Below, piece after piece: positions 11,881-26,700 of a DNA stretch of 64,000 bases. This DNA is from Camelus dromedarius. Its lineage: Eukaryota. The DNA lies in assembly GCF_036321535.1 (NCBI RefSeq), contig NC_087437.1:88414001-88478000 (forward strand), in the 5' to 3' direction. A model generated the notes under the pieces. That model was given only the letters and a program-made list of their open reading frames with translations. It had not been told where the DNA came from and made no database searches. Position 1 is the stretch's first letter; every line of letters begins with the position of its first letter. Position numbers and translations under genes: made by a program.

Positions 11881-14815
11881 GGGAAAGTTGAAGGTAGAAG
11901 CAAATACAGAGCATTTTCTGTGTGCCAGTCCTCTACTTCTGCATATTGTTATCTTTTAAACTTTCCCACAATTCTCTAACAGTTCTGCTGAGAGAATACC
12001 ATCCAGAATGATCCAGAGGAAGAACAATGGAAATTTGTGTTTTTCATTACCTAGCACATCATGTTTTCTAGCATACTCAAAATGATTCCTCTGCTGAAAT
12101 AAATTAATATTTGTATCTCAGCTGACACACTTAAAACAAATCTCATTACAAGTAGACAAGAGAAGTGGTGGTAAAGGTATTTTGTAGTTTATCAGAAAAG
12201 ATTATGGCTGCTTTATTCACAAGAAAACAAAAACTGGTAATATTTACATAGATATTTTCTTACTGGACTGGGAATTTAAAAAGTGATTACTTTACAAAAT
12301 ACTCAGTAATTTATTCTCTTCTTTGGCTTAAGCTTACTGGTTAATGTGAAGCACCATTAACACATTGGTTGGTGAAAGAAAGATTGTAAAATATATTGTA
12401 GCTAGGCTTAAGTACATATACTTATATATATACACACATATACATACATATGTAAAACTATAGTGAAAGCACTTAGAAAAATAAAATCTGGCAATGCTAA
12501 TGAAATGGAAGTTGGTTGCATATAGAAATATGACACCTGCCATTTATGACTACCCAGAACTTTTAAAATACATTTTTCACATTTTGTTTATTCCACACAG
12601 TCTCACATTGTTGTTAATTGTTAATTACTTTTCCCAAGATACTAAAATCAAATGAGAGATACTTCCCTTAGGTCTCACAAAACAGACACATCCATGCAAG
12701 AGTCTGACTTGAAGCTGAGCTCCATGGGACGTCAGTGGGACTGGCTTCTTGCTGTTAGTGTGGGTGGAGTCAGGGGCTGGGGACCCCTGTGCTCTGCAGC
12801 AGCATTAGCTCCCTTAGCACGTCACCTCTGCAATGACGGTTGGGGAATTATTTCTGGAAGTTCACCCATTTGTCTGCCAATAGTACTCTGAGGTTTCAAA
12901 CATCCTTTAACAAATCCATTTGGAGCTCAAACATAGGACAGACTGTTCTGTTGTCTGCAAATAGGAAACATATGTCTTGATTAAAACTATTATATCTGAT
13001 GCCTTCATATACCCAGAAACTCATACTTAGCTTCACTTACGGTGAGTCCTTGAAAAACATTTGTTGATCATGATACTGATAACAGTATTTGCCAAAACAT
13101 ATATCAATGGGCTTCACTGCCCATATTTAGTAGGCGTTTTTTGCTTAGAATTTGTTTTCATTTTTTATTTTTCTTGGTCAGAATGTAAATGCTCTGTATT
13201 TAAATATGGTATATAGCCATACTGTTAAAAAAGAAGATGCATGCATCACAAGGGATATTTGTTAAAATTCTAACTTGAAAACCTAACTTAGCTATGCCGA
13301 GAAATGTGTTTTCTGAAATCCCTGTAAGGATGAATATATATATAAGCCAAATCTTTCTTTTGATATATCGCTTTTGGACCTAGTTCAGAAACATTTCTGC
13401 AGCCAAATACATCTGTCAGTTTCTTCACTATAAAAGGCAAAATTTACAGATTTCACCATATCATTGCACAGTAAAATGAAAGAAAATTGAGTAATATGAA
13501 GTATAAAAATGCTCTTTTATCAATTCAATACTTCAAGTATTCTTTGCCTTCAATTTTGTGTACCTACATTAAAAAACAGATTTACTGTTTAAACTTTTCT
13601 TTATTCTATAACATCTAAGAGTGGGAGATGGTATGACAAAATCAATATTTAATACGTCATTCATCTTGCTATCCAATAGCTTAAAATATTTCCTTTGCCA
13701 TTTTATTAGAATCGTAAGGAGCTTAAGTCTTAATTAGTTTATAAGTAAGCCCGAAACATCTCCCTGACATTTTTTTCCCCTTTATGCTTCAAGGGCACAT
13801 AGTTGAATTGATCATAACCTTTGCTTTTGACTTATTCTCATCATCCATGTTCAACTTTCTTTTAATTATTACTAATTCATTTGTTTTTATAATAATATAA
13901 TGAACATCTGTGACAATTTCCTACTATAGTTTACATTTTCCGTATGTATACAATATGTACTCTTTGCAGAATACCAAACTATTGTGGGAGATGAAACAGA
14001 AACAGGAGGTCTAGCTTCAGTAAGTGACTCAGTCTTATTTATAGGGAAAGAACACACTCCCCTTTACACAGAAATTTCTAGTAAAAAATGCTAGTTAGTA
14101 TTGCACTTCTGGTACAGTTACTGCTTTCACAACTTAGAGCTGCTAAAAGGTTGGAAGAAAATTAAATTAGCAGATAAATTATCGGAAACCAGGGCTAAAG
14201 TCATGGTGCTCTACTATCTGTATTTTAGCATGATGTGTTTTTATAAATGGCTCATAAATCCAAACCCATGGAAGATTAATACCCTGCTGCTCACTTATCT
14301 CCAAGTATGAAGAAGCTGCAGATCACTCTTTAGAAACCTTAACTAATATAGCAGGTAGGGGAGCTTGGACAAGAACAAAACTAAGTCTCCTTCAAATATC
14401 TGCATTAAAAGGAATTCCAATAGCCTCATACTTTCTTTCTAGAATTAAGCATTGTACTATAATTCTATAAATATACTGTCCATATTCATATCTTCACATA
14501 TGCCCTACTAACTCCTCTTCATTATCTATAGGTACCTGTGAAATTTTCTTGAGCTGGAAGATTTTTATGGGAGACCTGATGTGGTTGGAGTGATGCTAGA
14601 TTAGATGGCTTTAATATTAGGAGTCCTGTCATGGGTGAAAATGGTGTGGTAGGTAACAGATACAGCAAGGAGCAAGTGTTGGGGATGTTCATGGTAACAA
14701 CCAGGGGAGACAAAAAGTAATGGTAAATACTTTAAAAGAAAGTGGATACATGTGTGATGGCTTTCAAAGGCTAATCAAAGGCAAACAGAAAGCATTATTT
14801 TTTCTGTTACATTCC

Positions 14816-15227
14816 AGTATTAGTCTGCTAGGGCTGCGATAACAAACTACCCCAGGCTTTATGGCTTAAACAACAGAAATTTATGTTCTCTCAGTTTTGG
14901 AGGCTAGAAGTCTAAGATAAGTTGTCAGCAGGTTTGGTTTCTCCTGAGGCCCCCTCCTTGTCTTGCAGATGGCCACCTTCTTCCTGCTTCCTCATGGGGC
15001 CTTTTCTCTGTGCTCAGGCACCCCAGGTGGCTCTTCTGTGTATCTTAATCTCCTCTTCTTATAAAGCCAATAGTAAGATTGAAATAGATCTTAGGATCAG
15101 GCTTAAATGGCCTGATTTTAATTAATCACTTAAGGCCCTGTCTCCAAGTATACATGAGCACATTCTGAGCTACTGGGGTTTGGACTTTGACATAGAATTT
15201 TAGGGGGACACATTTCAGCCCATAGCA
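14816..15227 (-). mobile_element. MaLR solo LTR (MLT1A/B-like)
   Basis: Both termini recognisable in antisense: gtattagtctgctagggctgcgataacaaac...ggcttaaacaacagaaatttat and ...gggggacacatttcagcccatagca; ~410 bp. Confidence 0.85.
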
Positions 15228-15944
15228 CTCCCTTTACTTGAAATATAATTATCACCCAGACATATTATGAATGCTATATTCCAACCAAATTAGAAAACGT
15301 TTCTTTTCTTGAACAAACCAATAGTTACTTCTCACTTTTGTGAAATACACACTCTCTCTCTTTTTCTCTGTCATAATTGTACTCATCCTTCAAGACATCA
15401 CTGCTCCTTCTGGGGGCTTTTTAATCAATCTGACTAGAAGTGATCTCTGCCTTTCGGTGTCATTAGTCTTCTGTTTGTCCCACTCTATTAGAACTTTTAT
15501 CAAATGGTATCTTCTATCAGAATTGATGTGTGCCTTATTTCTTCTTTCATACTGTATTTTTATAGAAGTCTTGTCATTTATTTTCAAATTCCTGCATTCC
15601 ATGGTGCAATGTCTTGTGTATAGTGGATGCTAAGTATACTTTGTTGACTATTTAAGACTTAGTGATGTGAAAAGTTTGCTTATATTTTTTCTCCAGTCTC
15701 TTAGCATTTTTCCTAATGTTTCCAGCATTTTTCCTGATGTTTTCTACATTATCCAAATAGAATTTCCCACACAAAATTCCCCCAAACTCACACTGCACTT
15801 TTAATGACTGCTTTGTTTAGCATATTTCATGCATTTTTGAATGCAATTCTCTCAGTATTTGATAGATAGGCAGACAAAAAAATAGAGCAGCAAGCATAGA
15901 GAAGATTAACAAGCTTAATCTACTTAGTTTATATAGAACACAAA

Positions 15945-16193
15945 AGATTTGCAGATACTAACTATATATAGAAAATATATGTGTGTGTGTGTATATATAC
16001 TATATATAAAATAGATAAACAACAGATTTATACTGTATAGCACAGGGAACTATATTCAATATCTTGTAGTAACCTATAATGAAAAAGAATATGAAAAGGA
16101 ATATATGTATGTATATGTATGACTGAAACATTACCCTGTACACCAGAAATTGACACAACATTGTAGACTGACTATATACTTCAATAAAAAAAA
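15945..16193 (+). mobile_element. Lineage-specific L1 3' end (5'-truncated)
   Basis: atactgtatagcacagggaactatattcaatatcttgtagtaacc...acaccagaaattgacacaacattgt...caataaaaaaaa; same family as the copies near 25.3, 52.7 and 63.0 kb. Confidence 0.88.
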
Positions 16194-17705
16194 GTCAGTA
16201 GAAAATAGTGGTTCAATCCCCAATAAACTTTAGGGAAAAAAATAATCTACTTTCGGAGAGTAAAAGTGGTGGGTGAAATACTGCAGGGCTTCATTTTCTG
16301 TTTCTGGAGACTAAAAAGCTATTCACCAGGAGCCACATAAAATGTGTAGCATTCTTATATTTTTCATTTGGAATTTCCTATTTCCCTATAGAGATTTATA
16401 GCAAAATCATTACAGTGAAAAAAGTCTGTGTCTTTGGAAACAGCAGGAAAGGGAGTTGGAATGTGATGGTGACAGTGCTTTGGAAAGTGCAGCCATTTCC
16501 CCAGGTGAGTTTTGGGGGGAATGGATGATCTCACCGCTCAAGAAGAAGTAAAATGAGAAGGAAAATTTGGGGGCTCACTCTACCATACAAAGAAGATAAG
16601 AAGAGGGGTCCCTGGAAAAATGTTATACTCAGTAATGCCACCTACAGGGTTTCCACAGACAGGATTTTTGATTCTGTTTTGTTTTCCCTAAGGGTGTGTA
16701 AAAGAAGGAGCTTTTCTCCATTTCCTAATTTTTGACAACCCATCCAGGAGGTCGGTCTTTGAACTCCAGATCCATCCCCACAGATACTAAATTTATGTAG
16801 AACACACTTTGGCTCCAAACTCAGAACAGATGGAGAAGGATGCTGTCTAAGAAAAGCAGAAATGACAGAATTACATTCTGGTTTAAATGTTCTTCATTGA
16901 GATAATTTATTGTGTTAATGCTGTGACCGCATCATCCTACTCCAAGGGAAAGTGACTGCTGGCCTAAGTGTGACCAGGAGAGATGAGCTCTATTAGTCCT
17001 TGTTTTTTTTTTTTTTTCCTGGCCAGGGATAATGTAAAAGATAAACATGGAAAGAGGATAAAAAGTAGGGAAATGAAAGAAAGGTCTTTCCTTGGAGTTT
17101 AGGTGGGGCAAAGTGGTCTGGGGGAGTGCATATGGGAATCTGTATATTTAAACTCAGGTAAAGGGCAGACTAGTGGAAAGAACATTGTTAAAGTTTTCTT
17201 TTCTTCTCTTTGAGGTCATGATGATTAAAAAACAAAATTATACCAAAATCACAGGAGTAAGTGTAGAAATGATAAATTGACCTGAATATGATGAAGAAAA
17301 AAAATGGTAAGAAATATTGTAAGAAATTCTCATGGATATAGCCCTGAGAAATCCAGGCTAAAACAGGGTTTACTTCTGAAATTGAAGCTTACCAGTGGTA
17401 AATTCAATTGGTGGGTCAATTCTGGTGAATTCAAGGATGGATGTGGAAACTCATGAATGTGTAAGTCCCTAGATGTCTGTCACATGTTCTAAATTTCTCG
17501 AATATCCTGCATGTCCCCTGAAATTCCTTCGTAGTATTTGTGGACTTGGTATACTTAGTTAGTATAAACTAAGAGACTATTTTTCAGTAATATGATAAAA
17601 TAAAGTGGAATTCTGACTTCCTGCGTTCTGCATCATGCATGGAAGCTTTTGCACCATGGGATGAAACTGGTCATGACCATTCCAGTTTTTGTCTTAGATC
17701 AGTGA

Positions 17706-17855
17706 GTGTTTCTCAAACTTGAAAGTGATGCTAGTTACCTGGAGACTCTTGATAAAATTCTGACTCTAATTGACTAAGTCTGGGATGGAATTCTGAATTT
17801 CTAGCAAGCTCTCAGATATGGTTGCTGGTTGAAAAACCACACTTTAGGAGCAAAC
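17706..17855. mobile_element. MER5A-like hAT-Charlie MITE
   Basis: gtgtttctcaaactt...acctggagactctt...aagtctgggatgg...ttctagcaagctctcag...accacactttaggagca. Confidence 0.7.
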
Positions 17856-19007
17856 TTTAGGTGACAAAAGATTCCACCCCCCCCGCAACTTGTACTTTCC
17901 AAATAAATTTCAACATAGTTAGACATTTTCATCAATTATTTTTTGAGAACATTTGAAAATTGAAAAGTCCTTAAGCTGGGAGAGTCAATTGGTATAATAA
18001 GGTGTTTTAAATTTTATTTATATGTATATGACCATAGGACATCAGAGAAGAAAAATCATGTAGACACCAAGTATATATATGAATAAAATTTGTATTTAAA
18101 GTATATAATTATTTTGATTTAATGCCAGTCATTAAGTCAGCCTGTCAGCCTTCCTCTCAGACATCAATTTTTTTAAGTATGTAACAGAGCTCCTGCCATT
18201 TTTTGGTACTCAAAAATATTTTCTAAATGAATGAATGAGAAAGTGAGGAATATGCTTAGAAGTTTTATGTTTCATGGCAATCATATATTATAAATAATTC
18301 TTAAAAATATCTATAACTGATATATTTATCTTTGGGAAGATGGCATAACTTCATATTTGTCTGTTTGCCAAGGACCCATTTTATACACATTTACATGTAT
18401 TTATTATGATTTGACTAAAGGTACTGTGCCCTATTCTTTGTCCCCAGCACTGCTTTAGAAACCATCATATGGAGATTCATTGGGACAAAACAGCCCAAAT
18501 GTTTCAGGAGAAGCTGATATCTCTATGGCTAAGATGAGCTATGTTGGTTTTTATGTGGGGGAAAAAAAAACACCCTATGAGATGGGAAGTTTAATACGAA
18601 GGGTCAAGGAGACATAAGAGGAAGATGAAAACTAAAGTATCGACAGGATAGATCACAGAATACAACAAACTATGTGAAGTAGGAATGATCTTGAGATGAA
18701 TTATGCTTTAAAGCATTGCCTGGGGCCAGCCCTAATTTTTTCCCCCGCATAAAAAAGCAAGCATTTCAGTATGAATCTCCTCTGTCTTCTCTATCTCAAA
18801 GTTTAATCTCTCTTGCTTTCTGTATTCCAGAGAACACTCAGATTTTTTCTACCTCCTAAACCCCCCTGACCACAGTATGCTGATTTATTTCAGTTCTAAT
18901 GCTATGATTTGTACTACATTTGTACCACATTGCTTATTAGTTGCCTTATCAGTAAAATGTATGGGTTAACAAGATAATTTATGTGTTAAAAAGGACAGCT
19001 GATTGTA

Positions 19008-19095
19008 AGCCAGAAAACTCAGGTTCTGTTCTCAGCATTACCATTCTTTCTCTGTGTGACCTTGAGAAATCTACTTAATGTTTCTTGGCTTCAGA
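19008..19095 (+). mobile_element. MIR core fragment
   Basis: ctcaggttctgttctcagcattacca...ctgtgtgaccttgagaaatctacttaatgtttcttggcttcag. Confidence 0.65.
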
Positions 19096-22000
19096 ATGGC
19101 AGTGGGTGGACTCCATCAATCTCTCTGACCTTGAAGCTTTGAATTTCAATTCCATGAAGCAGTTTTGATACAGTTATCTCATTTAAAGTAATTATAATAG
19201 CTATAGAATGCAAATCACAGACATTTGGCATCATCAGTTTCTGTTAAAAGGAAACTTTCCTTTGATGTGAATATATACTTGACATAATCATACTTATGTT
19301 TCAATGAGTGAGAGTTTCAAACAGTGAGAGTTTCTAATGAAATGGAAACTGACTCTGTATCATGTTTTAACATAAGTGTGGTTTTTTTTTAAAGAACCAT
19401 GAAATTAATATGCATGATGTGTTTTTATTAAATTCTTGAGCTTTTGAAATATATATTTTAATTTTAGTGTATACAGGTGTCAACATTTTCTGCGATGGAA
19501 ATATCTTTGAAATAATTTTTAAAGCCCATGAGACATGAATTTTATGTGTATATTATTTAATATATTATATATATACACTTTTTTTTCACAGATACTTAAG
19601 CCATTAAGAGAAAACTCAAATCGTCTACGTACATGATTTTTCAACATTTGGCTGCCAGTTGGTTGAGGCTAAATTCTAGTTCACATGTACACTATAGAGT
19701 ATCTTTCTGAATATAAAAGCCAAATCAAATCCAATGCAATTTTTAAATAGTGTTATGAAGACCATATTTTTCTCCCACTTGGAAAAGGAAACCCTTTAAA
19801 CTCTGAAAAAAACTCAACAGTATCAAGTATTGTGAGGTAAGAAAGACAAAAATTTACCTTTAGCTAGGACTGCCTTGTATTATCTCTGGTTCTTCATTCA
19901 TCTCAAGACACTAAGAAGGACTTACTTCTTTTGGAGATCATCATTACAACTTGTTCAGTGTAAAACTATCTCAAATGTTAGAAGTAGGCATTACAAAAGA
20001 TACTCAATAGCACAGTGTCAATTGAAGGAGTCATCATACTTGGTAAAAGTGAATGGCAAGATGCTTTAATGCATAATTATACTTAAATCCTGGATATGTC
20101 TTGGGAGTAAAAGAAATCCCAGGTAATATTACCTAATTAAATATATAACATGAGTGATCACATGTGTCTTTATATATTAATTCCACAATCATAAGTGTAC
20201 ATAAACGATAAGGTTGTTTCAAGAGCGTAAACAAAAATTAACAAAGGAAGTTGTGAGATAATAGCACACATTATTTTGTCAAGGGCTCATTTAAAGACAT
20301 GATGCAATATGTAATTCCTAGTGATTGATAGGTATCTCCTAAAACATGAGGAATAACTGCTGTTAAAATTAACTACTAATGTAAAATATTAGAACATTTA
20401 TAATATATCATCAATATAACTAGTGATTTTTTAACATTTCACATTACATTATACCTTTTATAGTCAAACTCCTTCAAAATTATTTATGGAAGCTCAGTGT
20501 AACTCGTAACACCTCTGGTAGATTATTGCAAGTTACACAATTCAAATGCGGTTGTCTCTAGTTCTCAATGATCTCAAAACCCCATCAGTGCTTTCATTTT
20601 GTTCACCAGTCTTTGACCCAGTTCCACTTTGGATTTTTCTCTCAAGAAGCTCTACAAAGTTTTAGAAATTTAATGATTTGCCATCTAATTTGGTTGACTG
20701 TTTCTGGTGTCTGGTTTTTAGCAAAAATTTAGTAACAGTTACCATGCTCACAAAATTAGGTATTCAAGGGAGCCTAGGTGTTCTCATAATGGAGACAATT
20801 AAAAATCTTCTGAAAATCAAAATCAGTAAGGTTTGCAAGAAACTAAAATGGATCATCTAAATGATTTACTTGAGTGTTTCAATAATAAATAAGAACTTAG
20901 GTGGTGTTTGTAAATCTTTTGCCATCTGTTTAACTAAAAGTCATTCTGTTCCTAATTTCATTTTTTGCTGTTTGTTTCACCTTGAGGATGATACAATTTT
21001 CATAATAGGATTTTACTTTACCAAAATATAAATTAAAAGTTTCCTTTGGATTTTATTCATTTACAGACATAAATTGGAAGAATTCTTTATGGTGTGCTAA
21101 TGGTTAAAATTCCATTTTCTTGGGCATGTTGGGAGCGTGAACCTTTAGACTGTGAAAATTAAATATACTTTTTATCTTCTGTTTTTCTATTTCAAAGTCA
21201 GGGAGAAAAACAATGCAAACTTGAGGTCTTTTGCAATGAACTTTTACTGATTCACTTATGAAATAGTTATCTGTCTCTAAGAGAATTGTTAGTTTTATTT
21301 TTTTTCTCTCTCTTCTAGAAGGGAAGAATTTCCCAAGAGGAGATAAGATAAGAAACTAAACTTCCCTTTCAAAATAGTTAGGATTACACAGACTTGAGCC
21401 ATTGAGAAACATGGTTGAGAGTGAGGTGGGGGTTTGAATTTCAAAATTCCAACATACTCCTCCTTGTTGGGAAGAGCACATGATGGGCTTGAAGTATATT
21501 AGAAGGATGGAGGATGACGGGAGTTTCTACTGAAAATCTGCCCCAATCAGTGTGGATAGCCTCCTGGTGATGGGTTCTGGTAAATCTCACAGGGAGTTCT
21601 CGGATCCAGGAACTCTCTGGAAGTCCAACTCTTCTCCCCAGTGTCAACTTTTCAACCCCTCATCAATTTATTGATGGATTATGTTGAGTTAGTATAAATA
21701 AAAAGCTGTCAGAAATAATTTTCTAATAAATATAATAGATAAGGTTTACTGATTTCTGATCCTAAATAGGTGATTCTGTCCAAATAGAGTTGCCTATCTC
21801 ATTGACACCTGGAATCATGTTAGCTGGGAAGGAGTGCCTTTTATTTCATGACTCGGGAAGCATCTTCAGTGATGTCATCTCAGAGAACACACTATGTTTA
21901 ATAAATAATATGTTGTAGCTGATCAAAATCAGGTTCATTCTTTAGAGCAATTTTGACAAGAAGAGGAGGAAGAGAGAAAGATTCTCTGTGTCAGGGAAGA

Positions 22001-23799
22001 GAGGGAGCAGGGAAGCATCACCTAGGTGTTTTGCTGAGCAGAAATTCTGTTCCTGAGTAGAAAAAAAGTGGCAGTATTCTTGCCAATGGTCTCAAACCCC
22101 AACATACTTCACTCAGCACCCTAATAACAGACTTAACACCATGATGCATTAGCAAATAATGATATTTTAATGTGATTTCATGAAGAAACCATCATAAGAG
22201 TTCGCCACGTATCTAAGAGCAAAACTTCATATGCGCCCTCAGGATCATGGATCCTTGTCCCAAATTCACCATCCACTTCATCTCTCCTTTCTTTCTCTCA
22301 CATCAAGTCTGAAGTCATTTCTCTGGTCCTGAGTCATTCTGCTTTGCCCTCCTCTTACATTGTCCACTCAGTAAGTCAGATGCTATTAGCATCCTTGCCA
22401 CATTCAGGAATCGTCAATTATCACTTCTCCAGAAAGCATCACTTTTCATTTAAGAGTGCCTTTTAGATTTCTGATATCCTACTCTATGTTTTATCAAAAT
22501 TTCTATTTAACAGAAATGGCCTCTTTCCATATAGAGGGTGGAGATTGGGTAAGGTGAGAAAGGCTACTGCTAAAGAAATAGTTGTATGTGTATGTATTTA
22601 TTTATCCTTATTGTTAAACCTTCATCACTTTCTTTCCTAATCTATTGACCAGGATTGGACAAACAAAGAAAATCCCAAGGGCTTCTTTATCTCATTCATT
22701 TGGGCATAAGATGCATAGTAACCAACCTCATGATTCTTCACGTTGTATCCCCTCTGATGCCAAGTAAAAGGAACTCGCTAAATTCAAAGTCCCATCACAA
22801 AATATTCCCTGTACCACGTCCATGATTTTTACTTACTTTTTCTCTTCATTCCTAGTCTAAAGCTGACTGCTTCTAAAATGAAGGAGCAGAAAGAAGGAAA
22901 GGGAGCTGTGCATCTGCATCACCAGAGTGGAATGGCATAACACATTCTTTCAATCTTTGCCTATTAGTGTTTAAATACATGATATTTTGAGGCTCAGAGG
23001 AAGTGATTGTGGTAGTTCTCTTGGCATGGAACACACAGAGATTTTATTTTATTTTGTTTTTACTTTTACTCATGAAAAAATGTGACATTATACTGTTTCT
23101 GAAAAAAAAATCAAAAGATTTCTGAACTTTGAAAGCTGGTCTAATGTATCTTTAATGTTCTATCATATTTCTAATAGTTATATTTTCTTTTCTTTTTGTA
23201 AGGTCTTTGGAATGTGAGGGTGCAGACACTTTGTAATAGGTATATGGCCGATTTTCAGCCAAAGTCCTTTTTTCTTGTGTAATACTTAAACCAGTAATCA
23301 AATGAAAGAAAGTACTATTTAACACCTAATTGACTATAGCCAGTTTTTCCTCTAAGGTAACGGGATAATTTCATGGTCTACTAAAATTTTTAGAGTTACA
23401 GAGCTGTCTTCTTTTCTGAGATGTTTAATGTAATGTTAGGTTTTTGGGCATTATAATGCAGGAAGATAGAAGGACAAGACCCCAAGCCAAGGCTACATTT
23501 ACATATACGAAACATGTATGATTGACTTGCTCTTCTGAGTTCATCTTTTGATTGTTAAAAAAAGTCAAGTAGTGCGTATCAATGATAGTTATGCTTCCAT
23601 GTGCCACTTCACCTCAAAACTCTGTCACCAACCTGAAAAGCTACTTGGATAAATTATACTGATGGGTGAAGTACCATTTCAGCTATATCCACTTCACCAC
23701 TGAGCAGATCCTTCAACGTTTGTTCATCACACTGTGCAGCTAATATATCTACTGTAACACAAAATTTAATCAATTCTTTGCCTTCTTACATCATTTTTC

Positions 23800-25240
23800 T
23801 TTTTATTGAAATTCGTAATTTTGAAATAACATGTATTTTTAAATGATATAAAACCTTTTAACATGTAAATGATCAATTTTCCAGTTCCCCTCAACCAAGT
23901 TTCACTACCAAAAGTAAATACCCTCAGTAGTTTCTTACATTTCTTTCCAGAAATCTAACATAAACACATCTATAATTTATATTATACATATTGCACTGTA
24001 CCTTGCTTTTTGTTTTACTTTTTATCAGAGCTCTACTTTATTTTCTGTTCTTCTATGCCCATAGTAATCCACCCTTTGGATGAACTATATTATAAAGAAA
24101 ATTCCCTCTTCATTATATTTCTAGTGTTGCTGGAGTTTCCAAGTAATGCTGTTTTGAACATTGTGTCCAATAAATAGGTATCCTATATCTTGACACAATT
24201 GTTCAGTAAAAAAACAGTATGTTTTTTAAAAGGGAATTTTGGGGTCAATGGATTTAAGCAATGAAGAAAATATTTTGATTGGTACTTCCCTCCAAAAATG
24301 TGGTGCTAAAACTATTCCAAAAACAACGCACAAGGCTGTCAGGTGCTCTATGTACTTAGCAAAAATAAATTGTGTCAAATATTTTTATTAATCTTTACTA
24401 ACCTGAGAGTGAAAAATTGCCTTTTACATGCATTATTGCATTTGCACTTATTTTCATTTTGAGGTTAAACGTATTTGAAAATATTTATTGGTCAGTAGGT
24501 TGTATTTTTTCTTATGGACTCCATTGTTTGTCATTTTATCCTATGTAATAGTAATGCTTCTTCAGTTGCCATCATTTTTAGTTTTTTTTTTTTTAAATTT
24601 GTGGAATCTTTATGGAAAATCTTTTAGTCTTTGTGTGATTAACTTTATCTCTTTTTCTTTGTTTTCTTCATTTTGTACTGTGCATAAGTAGTCTGCCTCA
24701 CTAATGGTTTGTCAGTTTTTCCCCTAAAGAACCAAAGTTTTGATTTATTTAGAGTTTCTGTAAATTATTATTATTAAATTTGTCAGTTACCTCCAGGTTC
24801 CTCCTAAATGTTATAGTTCTTTTTCCAGTGTTTGTAGTAAATTCTTAATTTATTTTCATTAATTCTCATCTTTGAATTTTCCTCTTACTTAAGTTACATC
24901 TCATGAATTTTTTAATTTCATTGATTTTATTTACAGTATATTCACCTTTCTGCATGCCATTTTCCCTCTCCCCAAGAACTGTTTGAGAGGTTTTTTTAAA
25001 AAATTTTTCAGAGCATTGAAGTTTTTATTTTTACTATTTAATTTCTAGATTTAATGTATTATAGTAAAAATGTAGTTAGTGTTATTTTATTTCAAGTATT
25101 TACTGATTTTTCTCATGTGGCTTAATGTGCATGACTAATGTTTAATTAGCTTAATTATGTTTGACACTTGCAAATCATAAGTATTTTTATGTTATGAAGT
25201 TGATCTTTTTCTCTTTTGCCTGATTTACAAAGGATTTTTT
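23800..25240 (-). mobile_element. Highly degraded old L1M sequence (antisense)
   Basis: T-rich composition; residual motifs taatgctgttttgaacatt, ggaattttggggtcaatgg, taaagaaccaaagttttg. Confidence 0.45.
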
Positions 25241-25250
25241 GTATACATAT

Positions 25251-25678
25251 ATTTATTGAAATATAATCAGTTTACAGTGTTGTGTCAATTTCTGGTATAC
25301 AACATAATGCTTCAGTCATACTTGAACATACATATATTTGTTTTCATATTCTTTTTCACCATAAGTTACTACAAGATATTGAATATAGTTCCCTGTGCTA
25401 TACAGTAGAAACTTGTTGTTTATCTATTTTATATATATTAGTTAGTATCTGCAAATCTCGAACTCCCAGTTTATCCCTTCCTTCCCCCACTGGTAACCAT
25501 AAGTTCATTTTCTATATCTGTGAGTCTGTTTCTGTTTTGTAAATAAGTTTGTCTTTTTTTTTTTTAATATTCCACACATAAGTAATATCATATGGTATTT
25601 TTCTTTCTCTTTCTGGCTTACTTCACTTAGAATGATGGTCCAGTTCCATCCATGTTGCTGCAAATGGCATTATTTTAT
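25251..25678 (-). mobile_element. Lineage-specific L1 3' end
   Basis: tttattgaaatataatcagtttacagtgttgtgtcaatttctgg...gaatatagttccctgtgctatacagt...ccatccatgttgctgcaaatggcattatttt (ORF2 end plus 3' UTR, antisense). Confidence 0.9.
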
Positions 25679-25681
25679 TAA

Positions 25682-25827
25682 AATTTTTTAAAAAATCTTT
25701 TTTTGGGTGGGGAAAGTAATTGTTTATTTACTTATTATGTATTTATTTTTAATGGAGGTGCTGGGGATCAAACCCAGGACCTCATGCATGTGAGGCATGT
25801 GCTCTACCACTGAGCTATACCCTCTTC
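25682..25827 (-). mobile_element. tRNA-Ala-derived SINE, camelid Vic-1 type
   Basis: Antisense head tggaggtgctggggatcaaacccaggacctcatgcatg...gctctaccactgagctataccctc, preceded by 'ggggaaagtaatt' and a T-rich tail; same family as 2340-2493. Confidence 0.88.
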
Positions 25828-25999
25828 CCTCTATTTTTTATATTGGAATGAAAATAGACATTTTGTGACAATAAATGATGTTAAACATTCTCCAAGAGAA
25901 TATTCCCCCAAATCTTTCCATTTGTCTAAATATTATGGCTTCACAGTGACTTTTTTACAGGTTCCTTGTATTTCTTTTTAAGTTTTACATTTATTTTAC

Positions 26000-26700
26000 A
26001 TTTTGTTGCTTATATGGTTAAAATGATTATTTATATTTATACTAATTATTTAATAGTTTGTTTCTGTGATTATTCACAAATTTCTTTCTGTTTGTCTTGA
26101 TTCTCTTCTGTATTATGATTTTTCCATCTGAAGTAATTTTCCACCTTCCATAATAACTCCTTTTAGAATTCCTTTCAGTGCTGGTTTGATGATAATGAAA
26201 TCTCTGTTTTTGTTTGTCTAAAAACATCTTTATTTTGGAGTATATTTTCTCTTCAACCTCTTTAGAATATTAAGATATTTTATACCAACCTGTAGTTAAT
26301 TAATCCTGTCTTCTACAGTGACCCATCTATACATTTTTAATTTAAAATATTGTATTTGTTATTTATATTTAGAATTCTATTTTATTTTTTAAAAGTCATA
26401 ATCCACTGGTGATAGTCTTCCCATTTCATCTATTTCATTACACAATTTACTCATAGTTATTTTAAAGATTTTTATCTGCTGATTTCAATGTCTAGATCAT
26501 CCAGAATTCCATTTCTTTATTCCCTCATTTTTTGGTCATATGTTATTCTCTCTTTATTAAATTTATTTAATTTAAATTATTAAATTAAATAAATTAAATA
26601 AATTTAATAAATTTTTAATAAATGCAAGAAATTGCAACTAAATGTTATAGAAGTTCAAGAAAATATTATTCTCTTCTATAAAGAGTCTTACTTTTTTCCT
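26000..26700 (-). mobile_element. Ancient L1M fragment (ORF1/inter-ORF side, antisense)
   Basis: ataactccttttagaattcctttcagtgctggtttg...gaaatctctgtttttgtttgtctaaaaacatctttatttt. Confidence 0.55.
26553..26611. repeat. Pure-AT inverted repeat (22-bp perfect arms, 15-nt spacer)
   Basis: tttattaaatttatttaattta (26553-26574) is the exact reverse complement of taaattaaataaatttaataaa (26590-26611). Confidence 0.8.

Noticed and set aside
19592..19836. Exon-like segment (ttttttttcacag ... GAG|gtaaga)
   Set aside because: Stops in all three frames, and no other support; it could only be non-coding.
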